A stretch of DNA of 32,000 nt, taken from contig NZ_JVHG01000006.1 in NCBI RefSeq assembly GCF_001055095.1, positions 1 through 32,000 of the forward strand. The letters are read 5' to 3'. The notes beneath the pieces were generated by a model, which searched no databases, was not told the origin of the DNA, and saw nothing but the letters and a program-made list of their open reading frames with translations. The translations under genes and the position numbers were made by a program. Source of the stretch: Haemophilus parainfluenzae. GTDB lineage: Bacteria > Pseudomonadota > Gammaproteobacteria > Enterobacterales > Pasteurellaceae. This document shows, in pieces, positions 8,923-18,098 of this stretch. The first letter of the stretch is position 1. Every line of letters begins with the position of its first letter.

Positions 8923-10220
8923 TGAAAGCTATCACCTTAGAGCCGATTTCTCTTATTGAAGGTGAAATCAACTTACCTGGTTCGAAAAGTTTATCGAACC
9001 GAGCATTATTATTAGCGGCATTAGCTAAAGGCACCACAACGGTCACTAACCTGTTAGACAGTGATGATATTCGTCATATGTTAAACGCCCTTAAAGCGTT
9101 AGGGGTGAATTACCAACTTTCTGAAGATAAAACTTGCTGTGAAGTTGAAGGCTTAGGTGGTGCATTTCAAGTTGAAAATGGCTTATCACTTTTTCTTGGC
9201 AATGCTGGTACGGCCATGCGTCCTTTGACGGCTGCACTTTGTTTAAAAGGCAAAACTGAAGGCGAAGTCATTTTGACTGGTGAGCCACGTATGAAAGAGC
9301 GCCCAATCAAACATTTGGTTGATGCGCTTCTTCAAGCGGGTGCCGATGTTCGTTATTTAGAAAATGACGGCTACCCTCCACTTGCAATTCGCAATCAAGG
9401 GATTAAAGGTGGCGTAGTTGAAATTGACGGTTCAATTTCTTCTCAATTTTTGACCGCACTTTTAATGGCTGCTCCGCTTGCTGAGGGCGATTTAGATATC
9501 CATATTGTGGGTGATTTAGTCTCAAAACCTTATATTGATATCACCCTCGCGATGATGAAAGATTTTGGTGTTTCGGTTGAAAATCAAGATTATCAAGTGT
9601 TTAAGGTGAAAGGTAACCAATCCTATGTGTCACCGGGCAAATACATGGTGGAAGGTGATGCTTCATCTGCTTCTTATTTCCTCGCCGCTGCCGCAATTAA
9701 AGGCAACGTAAAAGTGACAGGAATTGGCAAACATTCCATTCAAGGCGACCGTCTATTTGCCGATGTGCTAGAAAAAATGGGTGCAAAAATCACTTGGAGT
9801 GAAGATTTTATTCAGGCAGAACAAGCTGAGCTCCATGGCATTGATATGGATATGAACCACATTCCTGATGCAGCCATGACGATTGCCACAACTGCCTTAT
9901 TTGCAAAGGGTGAAACCGTTATTCGCAATATTTATAACTGGCGAGTGAAAGAAACTGATCGCCTTGCTGCAATGGCTGCTGAGTTACGAAAAGTCGGTGC
10001 GGAAGTTGAAGAAGGTGAAGATTTTATTCGAATTCAACCGCTTGCCCTTTCTCAATTTAAACATGCCGAAATTGAGACCTATAACGATCATCGTATGGCA
10101 ATGTGCTTTGCTCTAATTGCATTGTCGGATACCCCCGTCACGATTTTAGATCCAAAATGTACGGCTAAAACGTTCCCAACATTCTTCGATGAATTTGAGA
10201 AATTAAGTATTCGAAACTAA
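8922..10220 (+). CDS. aroA: 3-phosphoshikimate 1-carboxyvinyltransferase (EPSP synthase)
   Basis: 432 aa with motifs [17 protein letters not shown] and [11 protein letters not shown]. The start ATG overlaps the purU stop (TAATG). Confidence 0.97.
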   Translation: MKAITLEPISLIEGEINLPGSKSLSNRALLLAALAKGTTTVTNLLDSDDIRHMLNALKALGVNYQLSEDKTCCEVEGLGGAFQVENGLSLFLGNAGTAMRPLTAALCLKGKTEGEVILTGEPRMKERPIKHLVDALLQAGADVRYLENDGYPPLAIRNQGIKGGVVEIDGSISSQFLTALLMAAPLAEGDLDIHIVGDLVSKPYIDITLAMMKDFGVSVENQDYQVFKVKGNQSYVSPGKYMVEGDASSASYFLAAAAIKGNVKVTGIGKHSIQGDRLFADVLEKMGAKITWSEDFIQAEQAELHGIDMDMNHIPDAAMTIATTALFAKGETVIRNIYNWRVKETDRLAAMAAELRKVGAEVEEGEDFIRIQPLALSQFKHAEIETYNDHRMAMCFALIALSDTPVTILDPKCTAKTFPTFFDEFEKLSIRN

Positions 10221-10236
10221 TTGCTAAAATAACAAA

Positions 10237-10270
10237 AGGCAAACAAATTGATGTTCGCCTTTTTCTTTTT
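10237..10270. terminator. Probable terminator between convergent aroA and the MFS gene
   Basis: aggcaaac-aaattgat-gttcgcct (one A:C mismatch) followed by TTTTCTTTTTT. An A-rich run on the left lets it work in both directions. Confidence 0.5.
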
Positions 10271-10289
10271 TAAAACACCGTCAAAAATG

Positions 10290-10298
10290 ACCGCACTT
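10290..10298 (-). repeat. USS core, single intergenic copy
   Basis: Exact ACCGCACTT followed by TT. Confidence 0.9.
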
Positions 10299-10303
10299 TT
10301 CAA

Positions 10304-11479
10304 CTACTCTGCTGAAGTTGGGATTTTATGGCGAATCATCCAATAGATACTCAAAGCAAGTAAGGCACAGATTAGAATAACGAAGGATGTTGAATAGAAA
10401 ATATTGCCGATACCCACTAACGGAGATACTACACCACCTAAAAAGAAAGGTGCAAAACCTAACAAAGCGGATGCACTGCCTGCATATTGGCGCTCACTTT
10501 CCATGGCTAAAGAAGAAATAGCCGGGAAAGTAATACCCATTAATAACAACATTGCAAAGAAACCGATTTCAATAAATAACCAGTAAGGCTGAATAATCAA
10601 TACCGCAATGGTATAAAGTGCAGCAACCACAAAAGCAAAAACACCAATAGCTAAAGCCTGACGATTTGGCAATTTACCGCCAATATTTGCTCCAATGACT
10701 AACGCTGCCCCATTTGCACCAAAACATAAACTAAAGATAAATGCACTCAACCCATAGAAGCTTTGGAAAATAAATGGCGAAGCCGCAATATAGGCAAACA
10801 TGGAACCAAGCAAGAAACTTTGAATTCCTACATAGCTCATAAATAAGCGATTTTTGATAATCACACCAAAAGTCAAAAAGGTGGAAAATATTGAACCTTG
10901 TAAGCGATTTTCGACACTTAAGCTTTCTTTTAGACGGAAGCTGAAAATCAAAACAATCACACCAATCAATGCAAGGAAAACAAATACACCTTTCCAACTG
11001 ATGTATTCCAACAATAAACTACCAAGGATTGGTGAAATAATTGGCGCGAGTCCATTAATTGTCATTAATAAACCAAAGAAACGTGTCATTTCACGCCCAC
11101 GATAAAGATCCGTTGCAACCGCACGAGAAATAACAACACTTCCTGCCGAAGAAAGTCCTTGAATCACACGCAAAACAATCATCGTTTCAATATTTGGTGA
11201 AAACACAATTAAAACCGTACTGATGATATAAATGACTAATGAAATAATAAGCGGTTTTTTTCGACCAAATTTATCACTGAGTGGCCCAAGAAGTAACTGT
11301 CCTAGCGCTAAACCAATCATGGCTGTGGTAAGCGTAAGCTGTGTCATTGAGGCATTCGTTTCAAAAAAGCTCGCGAGTTGTGGCAGTGAAGGTAAATAAA
11401 GATCCACTACAAATGGTCCAAATGCAGAAAGGACGCCGAGTAATAAAACAAGAAAAAGTTTTGAATTTGCTTTCGCCAT
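10304..11479 (-). CDS. Bcr/CflA-family MFS drug efflux transporter
   Basis: 12-TM-like profile. N-terminus LGVLSAFGPFVVDLYLPSLPQLA and MFS loop motif GPLSDKFGRKKPL are typical of Bcr/CflA. I prefer the ATG at 11479 (MAKANSK) with a GAGGA Shine-Dalgarno over the ORF-track start at 11548. Confidence 0.85.
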   Translation of the reverse strand: MAKANSKLFLVLLLGVLSAFGPFVVDLYLPSLPQLASFFETNASMTQLTLTTAMIGLALGQLLLGPLSDKFGRKKPLIISLVIYIISTVLIVFSPNIETMIVLRVIQGLSSAGSVVISRAVATDLYRGREMTRFFGLLMTINGLAPIISPILGSLLLEYISWKGVFVFLALIGVIVLIFSFRLKESLSVENRLQGSIFSTFLTFGVIIKNRLFMSYVGIQSFLLGSMFAYIAASPFIFQSFYGLSAFIFSLCFGANGAALVIGANIGGKLPNRQALAIGVFAFVVAALYTIAVLIIQPYWLFIEIGFFAMLLLMGITFPAISSLAMESERQYAGSASALLGFAPFFLGGVVSPLVGIGNIFYSTSFVILICALLALSIYWMIRHKIPTSAE

Positions 11480-11555
11480 GAAAATCCTCAAGAAAAATAA
11501 AAATCGAAATAAAAATGAAAGGGCAGATTTTAACCTATATCCGTACAATTAATAA

Positions 11556-11585
11556 ACAAAAAAGCACCGATTATTCGGTGCTTTT
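11556..11585 (-). terminator. Rho-independent terminator after folE
   Basis: aaagcaccga-ttat-tcggtgcttt. The minus-strand transcript would end in a T-run (complement of CAAAAAA at 11556-11562). Confidence 0.8.
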
Positions 11586-11590
11586 GCTCA

Positions 11591-12247
11591 TTACTTCTGA
11601 ATAGAAGATAAAAATTCTTTGCGAGTTTCGCGATCTTCTAAAAAGACCCCACCATAGGCTGATGTCACAGTATAACTGTGGGTATCTTTTACCCCGCGAG
11701 CTTTCACACAGAAATGTGTCGCTTTTACATAAACTGCCACATCATCGGTTTCTAAAATGGTTTGAAATGCCGTTAAAAGCTGTTCGGTTAAACGCTCTTG
11801 TACTTGTGGGCGCTGTGCAAAAAACGCCACAATGCGATTGATTTTAGACAAGCCAATCACCCAATCTTTTGGATAATATGCCACAGCAACATTGCCATCA
11901 ATTGTCACAAAATGGTGTTCGCAAGTACTGGTCAACGTGATGTCATTCACTTGCACCATTTCGCTCACTTTCATTTGGTTTTTGATTTTTGTCATTTTCG
12001 GGAAATTGGCATAATCCATTCCACTGAAAATTTCATCAATAAACATTTTAGCTAAGCGATTTGGTGTTTCTTCTAGGCTATCATCACGTAGATCTAACCC
12101 AATCAATTTCATCACTTCTCGCATATGCGAAGCAATCGCCGCACGGCGCTCATCTTTACATTGAGTCGGATCAATCATTGGTGTTTCGATGCCTTTGGCT
12201 ACCAAGGCTCGGCGGACACTTTCCGCATCAGGTGAAATAGCGTTCAT
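11591..12247 (-). CDS. folE: GTP cyclohydrolase I (FolE type 1)
   Basis: 218 aa. Conserved [10 protein letters not shown] and zinc/active-site segment TSTCEHHF. Similar length to E. coli FolE. Confidence 0.95.
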   Translation of the reverse strand: MNAISPDAESVRRALVAKGIETPMIDPTQCKDERRAAIASHMREVMKLIGLDLRDDSLEETPNRLAKMFIDEIFSGMDYANFPKMTKIKNQMKVSEMVQVNDITLTSTCEHHFVTIDGNVAVAYYPKDWVIGLSKINRIVAFFAQRPQVQERLTEQLLTAFQTILETDDVAVYVKATHFCVKARGVKDTHSYTVTSAYGGVFLEDRETRKEFLSSIQK

Positions 12248-12402
12248 TCACTTTCCATTTATAAAAAAATAATGCGTTATTTTAGCAAAAGATGAATTAT
12301 TCGTAAAATGCGAAAAATCACCCTAATTTATTAATTTCCTTCATATTGTATTTCGGGCTACAATATATCCACTTTTATTTCGCTCAACCCAAAGGATTGA
12401 TT

Positions 12403-13620
12403 ATGTTGCCACTTGAAGATGCCTTGGCGCAAATGCTCAACCAACTTCCCTTCCCTACAAAAACTGAAACACTGGCTTTAACTGAAGCCGCTGATCGTGT
12501 CTGTGCGGAAGATGTGATTTCTCCGATTAACGTACCTTCTTTTGATAACTCCGCGATGGATGGCTATGCAGTTCGTTTAGCCGATTTACAGCAATCCATG
12601 ACGCTTTCTATTGCGGGAAAATCCTTTGCAGGTAATCCGTTTCAAGGAAAATGGGGAGCACAAAGTGCGGTCAGAATTATGACGGGTGCAATGATTCCTG
12701 AAGGTGCCGATGCGGTAGTCATGCAAGAAGATGTCACGGTCAATGAAGATGGTTCTGTTACCTTTGCGGCCTTACCTAAAGCCAATCAGAATATTCGCCG
12801 TATTGGTGAAGATGTAAAAAAAGGTGATGTGGTATTACATCAAGGCGATGAGTTAAATGCCGTATCTTTACCTTTACTTGCTTCATTAGGCATCGCTGAA
12901 GTCAAAGCTTACCCACGATTAAAAGTGGCCGTGCTTTCAACTGGCGATGAATTAGTGCCTGTCGGTCAAGCGTTACAAGCGGGACAAATTTACGATACAA
13001 ACCGCTTCACTGTGAAATTAATGCTAGAAAAATTAAATTGTGACGTGCTCGATTTCGGTATTCTGCCTGATAACCAAGCAGAATTTGAAGCGGCTTTTGT
13101 GAAAGCGCAAGCTCAAGCAGATCTTGTCATCACAAGCGGTGGCGTTTCGGTGGGTGAAGCTGACTTCACGAAAACTGTGTTAGAAAAAGTCGGTCAGGTG
13201 AATTTCTGGAAAATTGCGATGAAACCAGGCAAGCCATTTGCATTTGGTAAATTAGAAAATGCTTGGTTCTGCGGTTTACCCGGCAATCCGGTTTCTGCAT
13301 TAGTGACATTCTATCAATTAGTTCAACCGGCTATTGCCAAATTAAGCGGTAAAAAACACCCGAAAAAACAACCGCACTTTCAAGCGATTGCCCAAACTAA
13401 TTTGAAAAAATCACCAGGACGTTTAGATTTCCAACGTGGTTTCTATCAAATTAATGAAAATGGTCAACTTGAAGTGCACCCTGTTGGTTTCCAAGGCTCG
13501 CATTTATTCAGTTCTTTTGTGAAAAGTAACTGCTTCATTCGCCTTGAAAAAGATCGCGGCAATGTCGCTGCGGGCGAAATCGTCACCATTGAACCGTTTA
13601 ATCACCTATTGGGGCAATAA
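12403..13620 (+). CDS. moeA: Molybdopterin molybdenumtransferase
   Basis: MoeA-type sequence (SAMDGYAV, TSGGVSVGEADFTK, KPGKPFAFG). I prefer the ATG at 12403 (MLPLEDAL...) with an AAAGGA Shine-Dalgarno at 12391-12396 over the ORF-track start at 12346. Confidence 0.93.
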   Translation: MLPLEDALAQMLNQLPFPTKTETLALTEAADRVCAEDVISPINVPSFDNSAMDGYAVRLADLQQSMTLSIAGKSFAGNPFQGKWGAQSAVRIMTGAMIPEGADAVVMQEDVTVNEDGSVTFAALPKANQNIRRIGEDVKKGDVVLHQGDELNAVSLPLLASLGIAEVKAYPRLKVAVLSTGDELVPVGQALQAGQIYDTNRFTVKLMLEKLNCDVLDFGILPDNQAEFEAAFVKAQAQADLVITSGGVSVGEADFTKTVLEKVGQVNFWKIAMKPGKPFAFGKLENAWFCGLPGNPVSALVTFYQLVQPAIAKLSGKKHPKKQPHFQAIAQTNLKKSPGRLDFQRGFYQINENGQLEVHPVGFQGSHLFSSFVKSNCFIRLEKDRGNVAAGEIVTIEPFNHLLGQ

Positions 13621-14342
13621 TGGCTGAATTAAGCTACGAAGAAGAACTGCGTTATAACCGCCAAATCATCTTAAAAGCGGTTGATTTTGACGGACAAGAA
13701 AAACTCAAAGACAGCCGCATGTTAATTGTCGGTCTGGGCGGTTTAGGTTGTGCGGCAAGTCAATATCTTGCAGCTGCTGGCGTGGGTCATTTAACCTTGT
13801 TAGATTTCGACACCGTATCGCTTTCCAATTTACAACGTCAGGTGTTACATACTGATAGCCGATTAAATATGCCTAAAGTGGAATCGGCAAAAATCGCGTT
13901 ACAACAAATTAATCCACACGTCGAAATTGAAACCATCAATGCGCAACTTTCCGAAGAAAAACTCGCGGAAATCATACCGCACTTTGATGTGATATTAGAT
14001 TGTACCGATAACGTGGATATTCGTAATGCGCTCGATCGTGGGTGCGAACAAGCGAAGATCCCGCTTGTTTCTGGTGCTGCGATCCGTTTAGAAGGACAGG
14101 TTTCCGTCTTTACTTATGAACCCAATACCCCAACCTATCGCCAACTTAGCCAACTCTTTGGACAAAACGTTTTAAGCTGTGTAGAAGCTGGCGTACTGGC
14201 GCCAATCGTGGGGATTGTTGGCTCTATTCAAGCCTTAGAAGCCATCAAAGTGCGGTTAAAAATCGGTTCAAATTTATGTGGACGCTTATTGTTAATCGAT
14301 GGATTAACCATGCGTGTACGAGAAATGAAATTGCCTGTTTAA
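13620..14342 (+). CDS. moeB: Molybdopterin-synthase adenylyltransferase
   Basis: 240 aa. RYNRQI, ThiF/MoeB nucleotide-binding loop LIVGLGGLGCAASQYLAAAGVG. The start overlaps the moeA stop (TAATG). Confidence 0.93.
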   Translation: MAELSYEEELRYNRQIILKAVDFDGQEKLKDSRMLIVGLGGLGCAASQYLAAAGVGHLTLLDFDTVSLSNLQRQVLHTDSRLNMPKVESAKIALQQINPHVEIETINAQLSEEKLAEIIPHFDVILDCTDNVDIRNALDRGCEQAKIPLVSGAAIRLEGQVSVFTYEPNTPTYRQLSQLFGQNVLSCVEAGVLAPIVGIVGSIQALEAIKVRLKIGSNLCGRLLLIDGLTMRVREMKLPV

Positions 14343-14355
14343 CTTTTCTATCAAT

Positions 14356-14384
14356 ATTTAGACAGACAGTAAGTCTGTCTAAAT
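14356..14384. other. Perfect inverted repeat with 12-bp arms and a 5-nt loop; a moeB terminator lacking a U-tract, or a protein-binding palindrome
   Basis: atttagacagac-agtaa-gtctgtctaaat, 14 bp after the moeB stop. No T-run on either side. Confidence 0.4.
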
Positions 14385-14574
14385 CCTAAATTACCCACAA
14401 ATAATTATCCCTCCCCTCGTGCATTGCCAAAAAACAAATGCTATTATCTTGCTCGACAATTCATTTGTCTTATATCGCAAGTTTTGTGTATAGGAAAATG
14501 GCAGACACTTCAAAATATCTTCATTTTATACCTCACTTGCAAATCATCATTTCAATTTAAGGATTTATTCACTA

Positions 14575-15798
14575 ATGAAAGAGATTTTGCAGCAATTCAA
14601 ACAAAATTATCTGATCAAATACTGGAATCCTGTCGCGGCAGTTATTGCTGCGGGGCTTATTTCAGCTTATTACTTTGGGGTAACTGGCACTTATTGGGCG
14701 GTTACTGGAGAATTTACCCGTTGGGGTGGACATGCTTTGCAAGCTCTAGGTGTCGATGTGTCCGACTGGAGCTACTATAAAATTATCGGCATGCAAGGCA
14801 CGATCTTCACCCGTATTGATGGCGTGATGATTTTAGGTATGTTCGCGGGTTGCATTTCGGCTGCACTTTGGGCAAACAACGTAAAATGGCGTAATCAACC
14901 ACACAAACGTCGTATTGTTCAAGCCCTCATTGGTGGTGCATTAGCCGGTTTCGGTGCACGTTTAGCAATGGGCTGCAACCTTGCCTCTCTCTTCACCGGT
15001 ATTCCTCAATTTTCTGTTCACGCCTGGTTCTTTACTATTGCCACAGCCGTAGGTACTTATGCAGGGGTAAAAGTCACCTTACTTCCGATATTCCGTGTGA
15101 AATTAGAATTGAAAAAAGGTGCAGCAAAATTACAAGAAACGGATCCGAAACAAGCGAATCGTCGTTTTTGGATTGGTATGGTGGTCTTTTTTGCTTACCT
15201 GATTGCTTCACTTTATGTGATGACAAACTCCGTCAAACTGGGTTTTGCGATGCTTTGTGGGTTAGCTTTCGGCTTATTAATTGAACGCGCTCAAATCTGC
15301 TTTACTTCCGCTTTCCGTGATTTATGGGTAACCGGCCGTGCTTATATGGCAAAAGCCATCATCTTCGGTATTCTCGTGGGTACGCTTGGCGTATTCAGCT
15401 ACATTCAATTAGGCGTGCCGGCCAAAATCATGTGGGCGGGTCCAAATGCAATTATCGGTGGTTTATTATTTGGCTTCGGTATTGTATTAGCAGGCGGATG
15501 TGAAACCGGTTGGATGTATCGCTCAATGGAAGGTCAAGTTCACTTTATGTGGGTAGGTGTGGGTAACGTTGTTGGTTCAACCTATTTAGCCTACGCATGG
15601 GACGATCTTGCCCCTGTACTTGCGTTAGATTACGAAAAACTTAATTTATTGAAATCCTTTGGCCCTGTTGGCGGTTTATTAGTGAATTACGGCTTGCTTA
15701 TTCTTTGCTTAATCGCTGTTGTTTGGTGGGAACGCCACTTCTTGAAAAAAGCTAAAGCAAAAATTGCGGCAGCGAATCCACAAGCTTGTGGTTGCTAA
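14575..15798 (+). CDS. yedE: YedE/YeeE-family inner-membrane protein (sulfur/selenium-compound transport family)
   Basis: 407 aa. Can be aligned along its whole length with E. coli YedE as I recall it (TGEFTRWGG, ARLAMGCNLA, ERAQICFTSAFRD, LAGGCETGWMYR). AAGGA Shine-Dalgarno at 14560-14564. Confidence 0.85.
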   Translation: MKEILQQFKQNYLIKYWNPVAAVIAAGLISAYYFGVTGTYWAVTGEFTRWGGHALQALGVDVSDWSYYKIIGMQGTIFTRIDGVMILGMFAGCISAALWANNVKWRNQPHKRRIVQALIGGALAGFGARLAMGCNLASLFTGIPQFSVHAWFFTIATAVGTYAGVKVTLLPIFRVKLELKKGAAKLQETDPKQANRRFWIGMVVFFAYLIASLYVMTNSVKLGFAMLCGLAFGLLIERAQICFTSAFRDLWVTGRAYMAKAIIFGILVGTLGVFSYIQLGVPAKIMWAGPNAIIGGLLFGFGIVLAGGCETGWMYRSMEGQVHFMWVGVGNVVGSTYLAYAWDDLAPVLALDYEKLNLLKSFGPVGGLLVNYGLLILCLIAVVWWERHFLKKAKAKIAAANPQACGC

Positions 15799-15838
15799 TT
15801 AAATATTAACGAATTCATTCAAAAAAGAGGACATTATT

Positions 15839-16108
15839 ATGGCATTTACCGTTGTTCAAAAATTAGATAAAGATCCAAAAGACATCACCCCAGATTACAC
15901 GTTAGATACGCTAGGTGAACCTTGCCCGTATCCAGCAATCGTGATGCTCGAAACCATGCCTCAATTACAAAAAGGCGAAATTTTAGAGCTATTAAGTGAC
16001 TGTGCCCAATCTATCAACAACATTCCTGTTGACACTAAAAACCACGGTTACACACTATTAAGCGTTGAACAAGATGGCACCAAATTACGCTATTTGATTC
16101 AACGTTAA
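15839..16108 (+). CDS. yedF: YedF, TusA-like sulfurtransferase-fold protein
   Basis: 89 aa. CPxP motif GEPCPYP and strong resemblance to E. coli YedF (PDYxLDxxGEPCPYPA...MPQLxKGEILE..SDCxQSINNIP.D..NHGYT). AGAGGA Shine-Dalgarno at 15825-15830. Confidence 0.85.
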   Translation: MAFTVVQKLDKDPKDITPDYTLDTLGEPCPYPAIVMLETMPQLQKGEILELLSDCAQSINNIPVDTKNHGYTLLSVEQDGTKLRYLIQR

Positions 16109-16115
16109 TGTAAAA

Positions 16116-16141
16116 AAGTGCGGTCAAAATTGACCGCACTT
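16116..16141. terminator. Inverted USS pair forming a bidirectional terminator (yedF on +, lipoprotein gene on -)
   Basis: AAGTGCGGTCAAAATTGACCGCACTT, with AAAAA on the left and TTTT on the right. Confidence 0.8.
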
Positions 16142-16197
16142 TTATATTTAATGGAAAGAAAAATCGAGAAATAAACGAAAATTGTACTACCTAATAC

Positions 16198-16557
16198 TTA
16201 CCCCCAAGGCTTAGCATCAGGTTTACTGTGTTTTTTTCGCCATTGGGTACATATTGGACTATCCCACATTAGCCTTTCTTCACAAACTGGACCGCCTTCT
16301 AGATACCAACCTTTTTTCTCTAAACAAAGATTTACTTCTGGATTAACACTTTCCCCTATCACAAAATCCATACCGCAATCCGACATATCTTTTTGTCTTC
16401 TGTCAAGAAATTTAATACGTCCTTGAGGATCTGAGTTAGGAAATAAAACCCTAGAATTATGTAAGCGCCAATGATCATGTGGTGGCGGAGGCTGAAAACC
16501 ACCAAAAGAACAACCAAACAAAGTTAGAGATAATAGTAGTGGTAATGTAAATCTCAT
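16198..16557 (-). CDS. Orphan small lipoprotein, function unknown
   Basis: 119 aa. Signal peptide with lipobox LFGC (Cys16), then GGFQPPPP and four further Cys (61, 78, 92, 103). GAGGAAA Shine-Dalgarno upstream. No family recognised. Codon usage is atypical for the neighbourhood. Confidence 0.7.
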   Translation of the reverse strand: MRFTLPLLLSLTLFGCSFGGFQPPPPHDHWRLHNSRVLFPNSDPQGRIKFLDRRQKDMSDCGMDFVIGESVNPEVNLCLEKKGWYLEGGPVCEERLMWDSPICTQWRKKHSKPDAKPWG

Positions 16558-16649
16558 CTTATCGTTTCCTCGCCTATTTTGATTTTAGAAAGTTAGTGTA
16601 TAACTTCTTAAAGTTAGGTTATTTAATCATATAAGCACTAAAAAACATA

Positions 16650-16686
16650 TAAAAAAAAACCGCACTTTAATCTCTCAAAGTGCGGT
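16650..16686 (-). terminator. Inverted USS pair forming the pntB terminator
   Basis: ACCGCACTT-taatctctca-AAGTGCGGT (16659-16686). The minus-strand transcript would continue into a U9 run (complement of A9 at 16650-16658). Confidence 0.8.
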
Positions 16687-16708
16687 CAGTTTTACTTCAG
16701 TTTTTTGC

Positions 16709-18088
16709 TTATTTGTTTAATGCAGTAAGAATGTCATCAACACGTTCTTTTGCATCACCAAAGAGCATTTGAGTGTTTTCTTTGAAGAATAATGGGTTTT
16801 GAACGCCTGCGTAACCTACCGCCATAGAGCGTTTGAATACGATAACGTTTTGTGCTTTCCATACTTCTAACACTGGCATACCTGCAATTGGGCTGTTTGG
16901 ATCTTCCATCGCCGCTGGGTTTACGGTGTCGTTTGCACCGATAACCAATACCACATCAGTATCCGCGAAATCATCATTGATTTCATCCATTTCAAGCACG
17001 ATGTCATAAGGCACTTTCGCTTCGGCTAAAAGTACGTTCATATGACCTGGTAAACGACCTGCAACAGGGTGAATACCAAAACGTACGTTAATACCACGTT
17101 CACGCAATTTCGCCGTAAGTTCTGCGACTGGATATTGCGCTTGTGCTACCGCCATACCATATCCTGGCGTGATGATCACAGAGCTTGCATTTTTGAGTAA
17201 TTCAGCCACTTCTTCTGCAGTTGTTTCACGGTATTCACCTTGCTCTTCATCTGAAGACACTTGAACATCATTACCAAAACCACCTGCAATAACGCTGATG
17301 AATGAGCGGTTCATCGCTTTACACATAATGTAAGAAAGAATCGCACCAGAAGAACCCACTAATGCACCGGTGACGATAAGCAAATCATTGCTTAGCATGA
17401 AACCTGCTGCAGCCGCTGCCCAACCAGAATAAGAGTTAAGCATTGAAACCACAACCGGCATATCTGCACCACCGATAGATGCCACTAAGTGCCAGCCGAA
17501 TGCAAGTGCAATCGCGGTCATAAGTAACACTGGGAAGATATTATCTGGGTTGTTTAAGAATGCTACCATCAAGAAAGCTGAAACCACTAATGCCGCTAAA
17601 TTTAATTTATGGCGATGTGGCAACATTAATGCTTTTGAATTGATTTTTCCGCTTAATTTACCGAATGCTACGATAGAACCCGTGAATGTTACCGCACCGA
17701 TGAAGATCCCTAAGAATACTTCAACGTTATGGATATTCATTAACACAGGATCAGTTTCGTGTGTTAAGCCGTAGCTGTTAAAGCCTACGAGCACTGCTGC
17801 TAAACCTACAAAGCTGTGAAGGATCGCAACGAGTTCAGGCATTTCAGTCATTTCAACTTTTAATGCACGTTGAACACCGATCACGCCACCGATGATCATC
17901 GCAATGATGATCCATAATGTGCCTTCAGATTGCGGGCCGAAAATGGTTGCAACAAGGGCAATTGTCATACCGACAATACCATACCAACAACCAGCTTTTG
18001 CCGTTTCATGTTTAGAAAGACCGGCTAAGCTCATAATGAAAAGTAATGCAGCGATAATATAGGCTGCTTGTACTAAACCTTCAGACAT
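16709..18088 (-). CDS. pntB: NAD(P) transhydrogenase subunit beta
   Basis: 459 aa. Membrane N-terminal two-thirds plus C-terminal NADP(H) domain ([29 protein letters not shown]). Confidence 0.97.
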   Translation of the reverse strand: MSEGLVQAAYIIAALLFIMSLAGLSKHETAKAGCWYGIVGMTIALVATIFGPQSEGTLWIIIAMIIGGVIGVQRALKVEMTEMPELVAILHSFVGLAAVLVGFNSYGLTHETDPVLMNIHNVEVFLGIFIGAVTFTGSIVAFGKLSGKINSKALMLPHRHKLNLAALVVSAFLMVAFLNNPDNIFPVLLMTAIALAFGWHLVASIGGADMPVVVSMLNSYSGWAAAAAGFMLSNDLLIVTGALVGSSGAILSYIMCKAMNRSFISVIAGGFGNDVQVSSDEEQGEYRETTAEEVAELLKNASSVIITPGYGMAVAQAQYPVAELTAKLRERGINVRFGIHPVAGRLPGHMNVLLAEAKVPYDIVLEMDEINDDFADTDVVLVIGANDTVNPAAMEDPNSPIAGMPVLEVWKAQNVIVFKRSMAVGYAGVQNPLFFKENTQMLFGDAKERVDDILTALNK

Positions 18089-18098
18089 CGTCTTCTCC

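Noticed and set aside
14498-14560. 20-codon upstream ORF (MADTSKYLHFIPHLQIIISI) whose stop overlaps the yedE Shine-Dalgarno. It could be a leader peptide.
   Set aside because: The AGGA-to-ATG spacing is too short (about 3 nt). There is no enrichment of regulatory codons (Cys, Met, Sec or rare codons), and no alternative hairpins that I could pair with it. Without conservation data it cannot be told apart from a chance ORF in AT-rich DNA.
14424-14780. 118-aa ORF spanning the moeB-yedE spacer and the start of yedE.
   Set aside because: It overlaps yedE out of frame, is Cys/Leu-rich and low-complexity, has no Shine-Dalgarno, and the yedE frame is strongly supported by homology.
16480-16491. The PPPP stretch just after the lipobox suggested a phage o-spanin (Rz1-like) lipoprotein.
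   Set aside because: There is no embedding or adjacent i-spanin, holin, endolysin or any other phage gene. The protein is about twice the usual o-spanin length, and the locus is a single gene between housekeeping operons.
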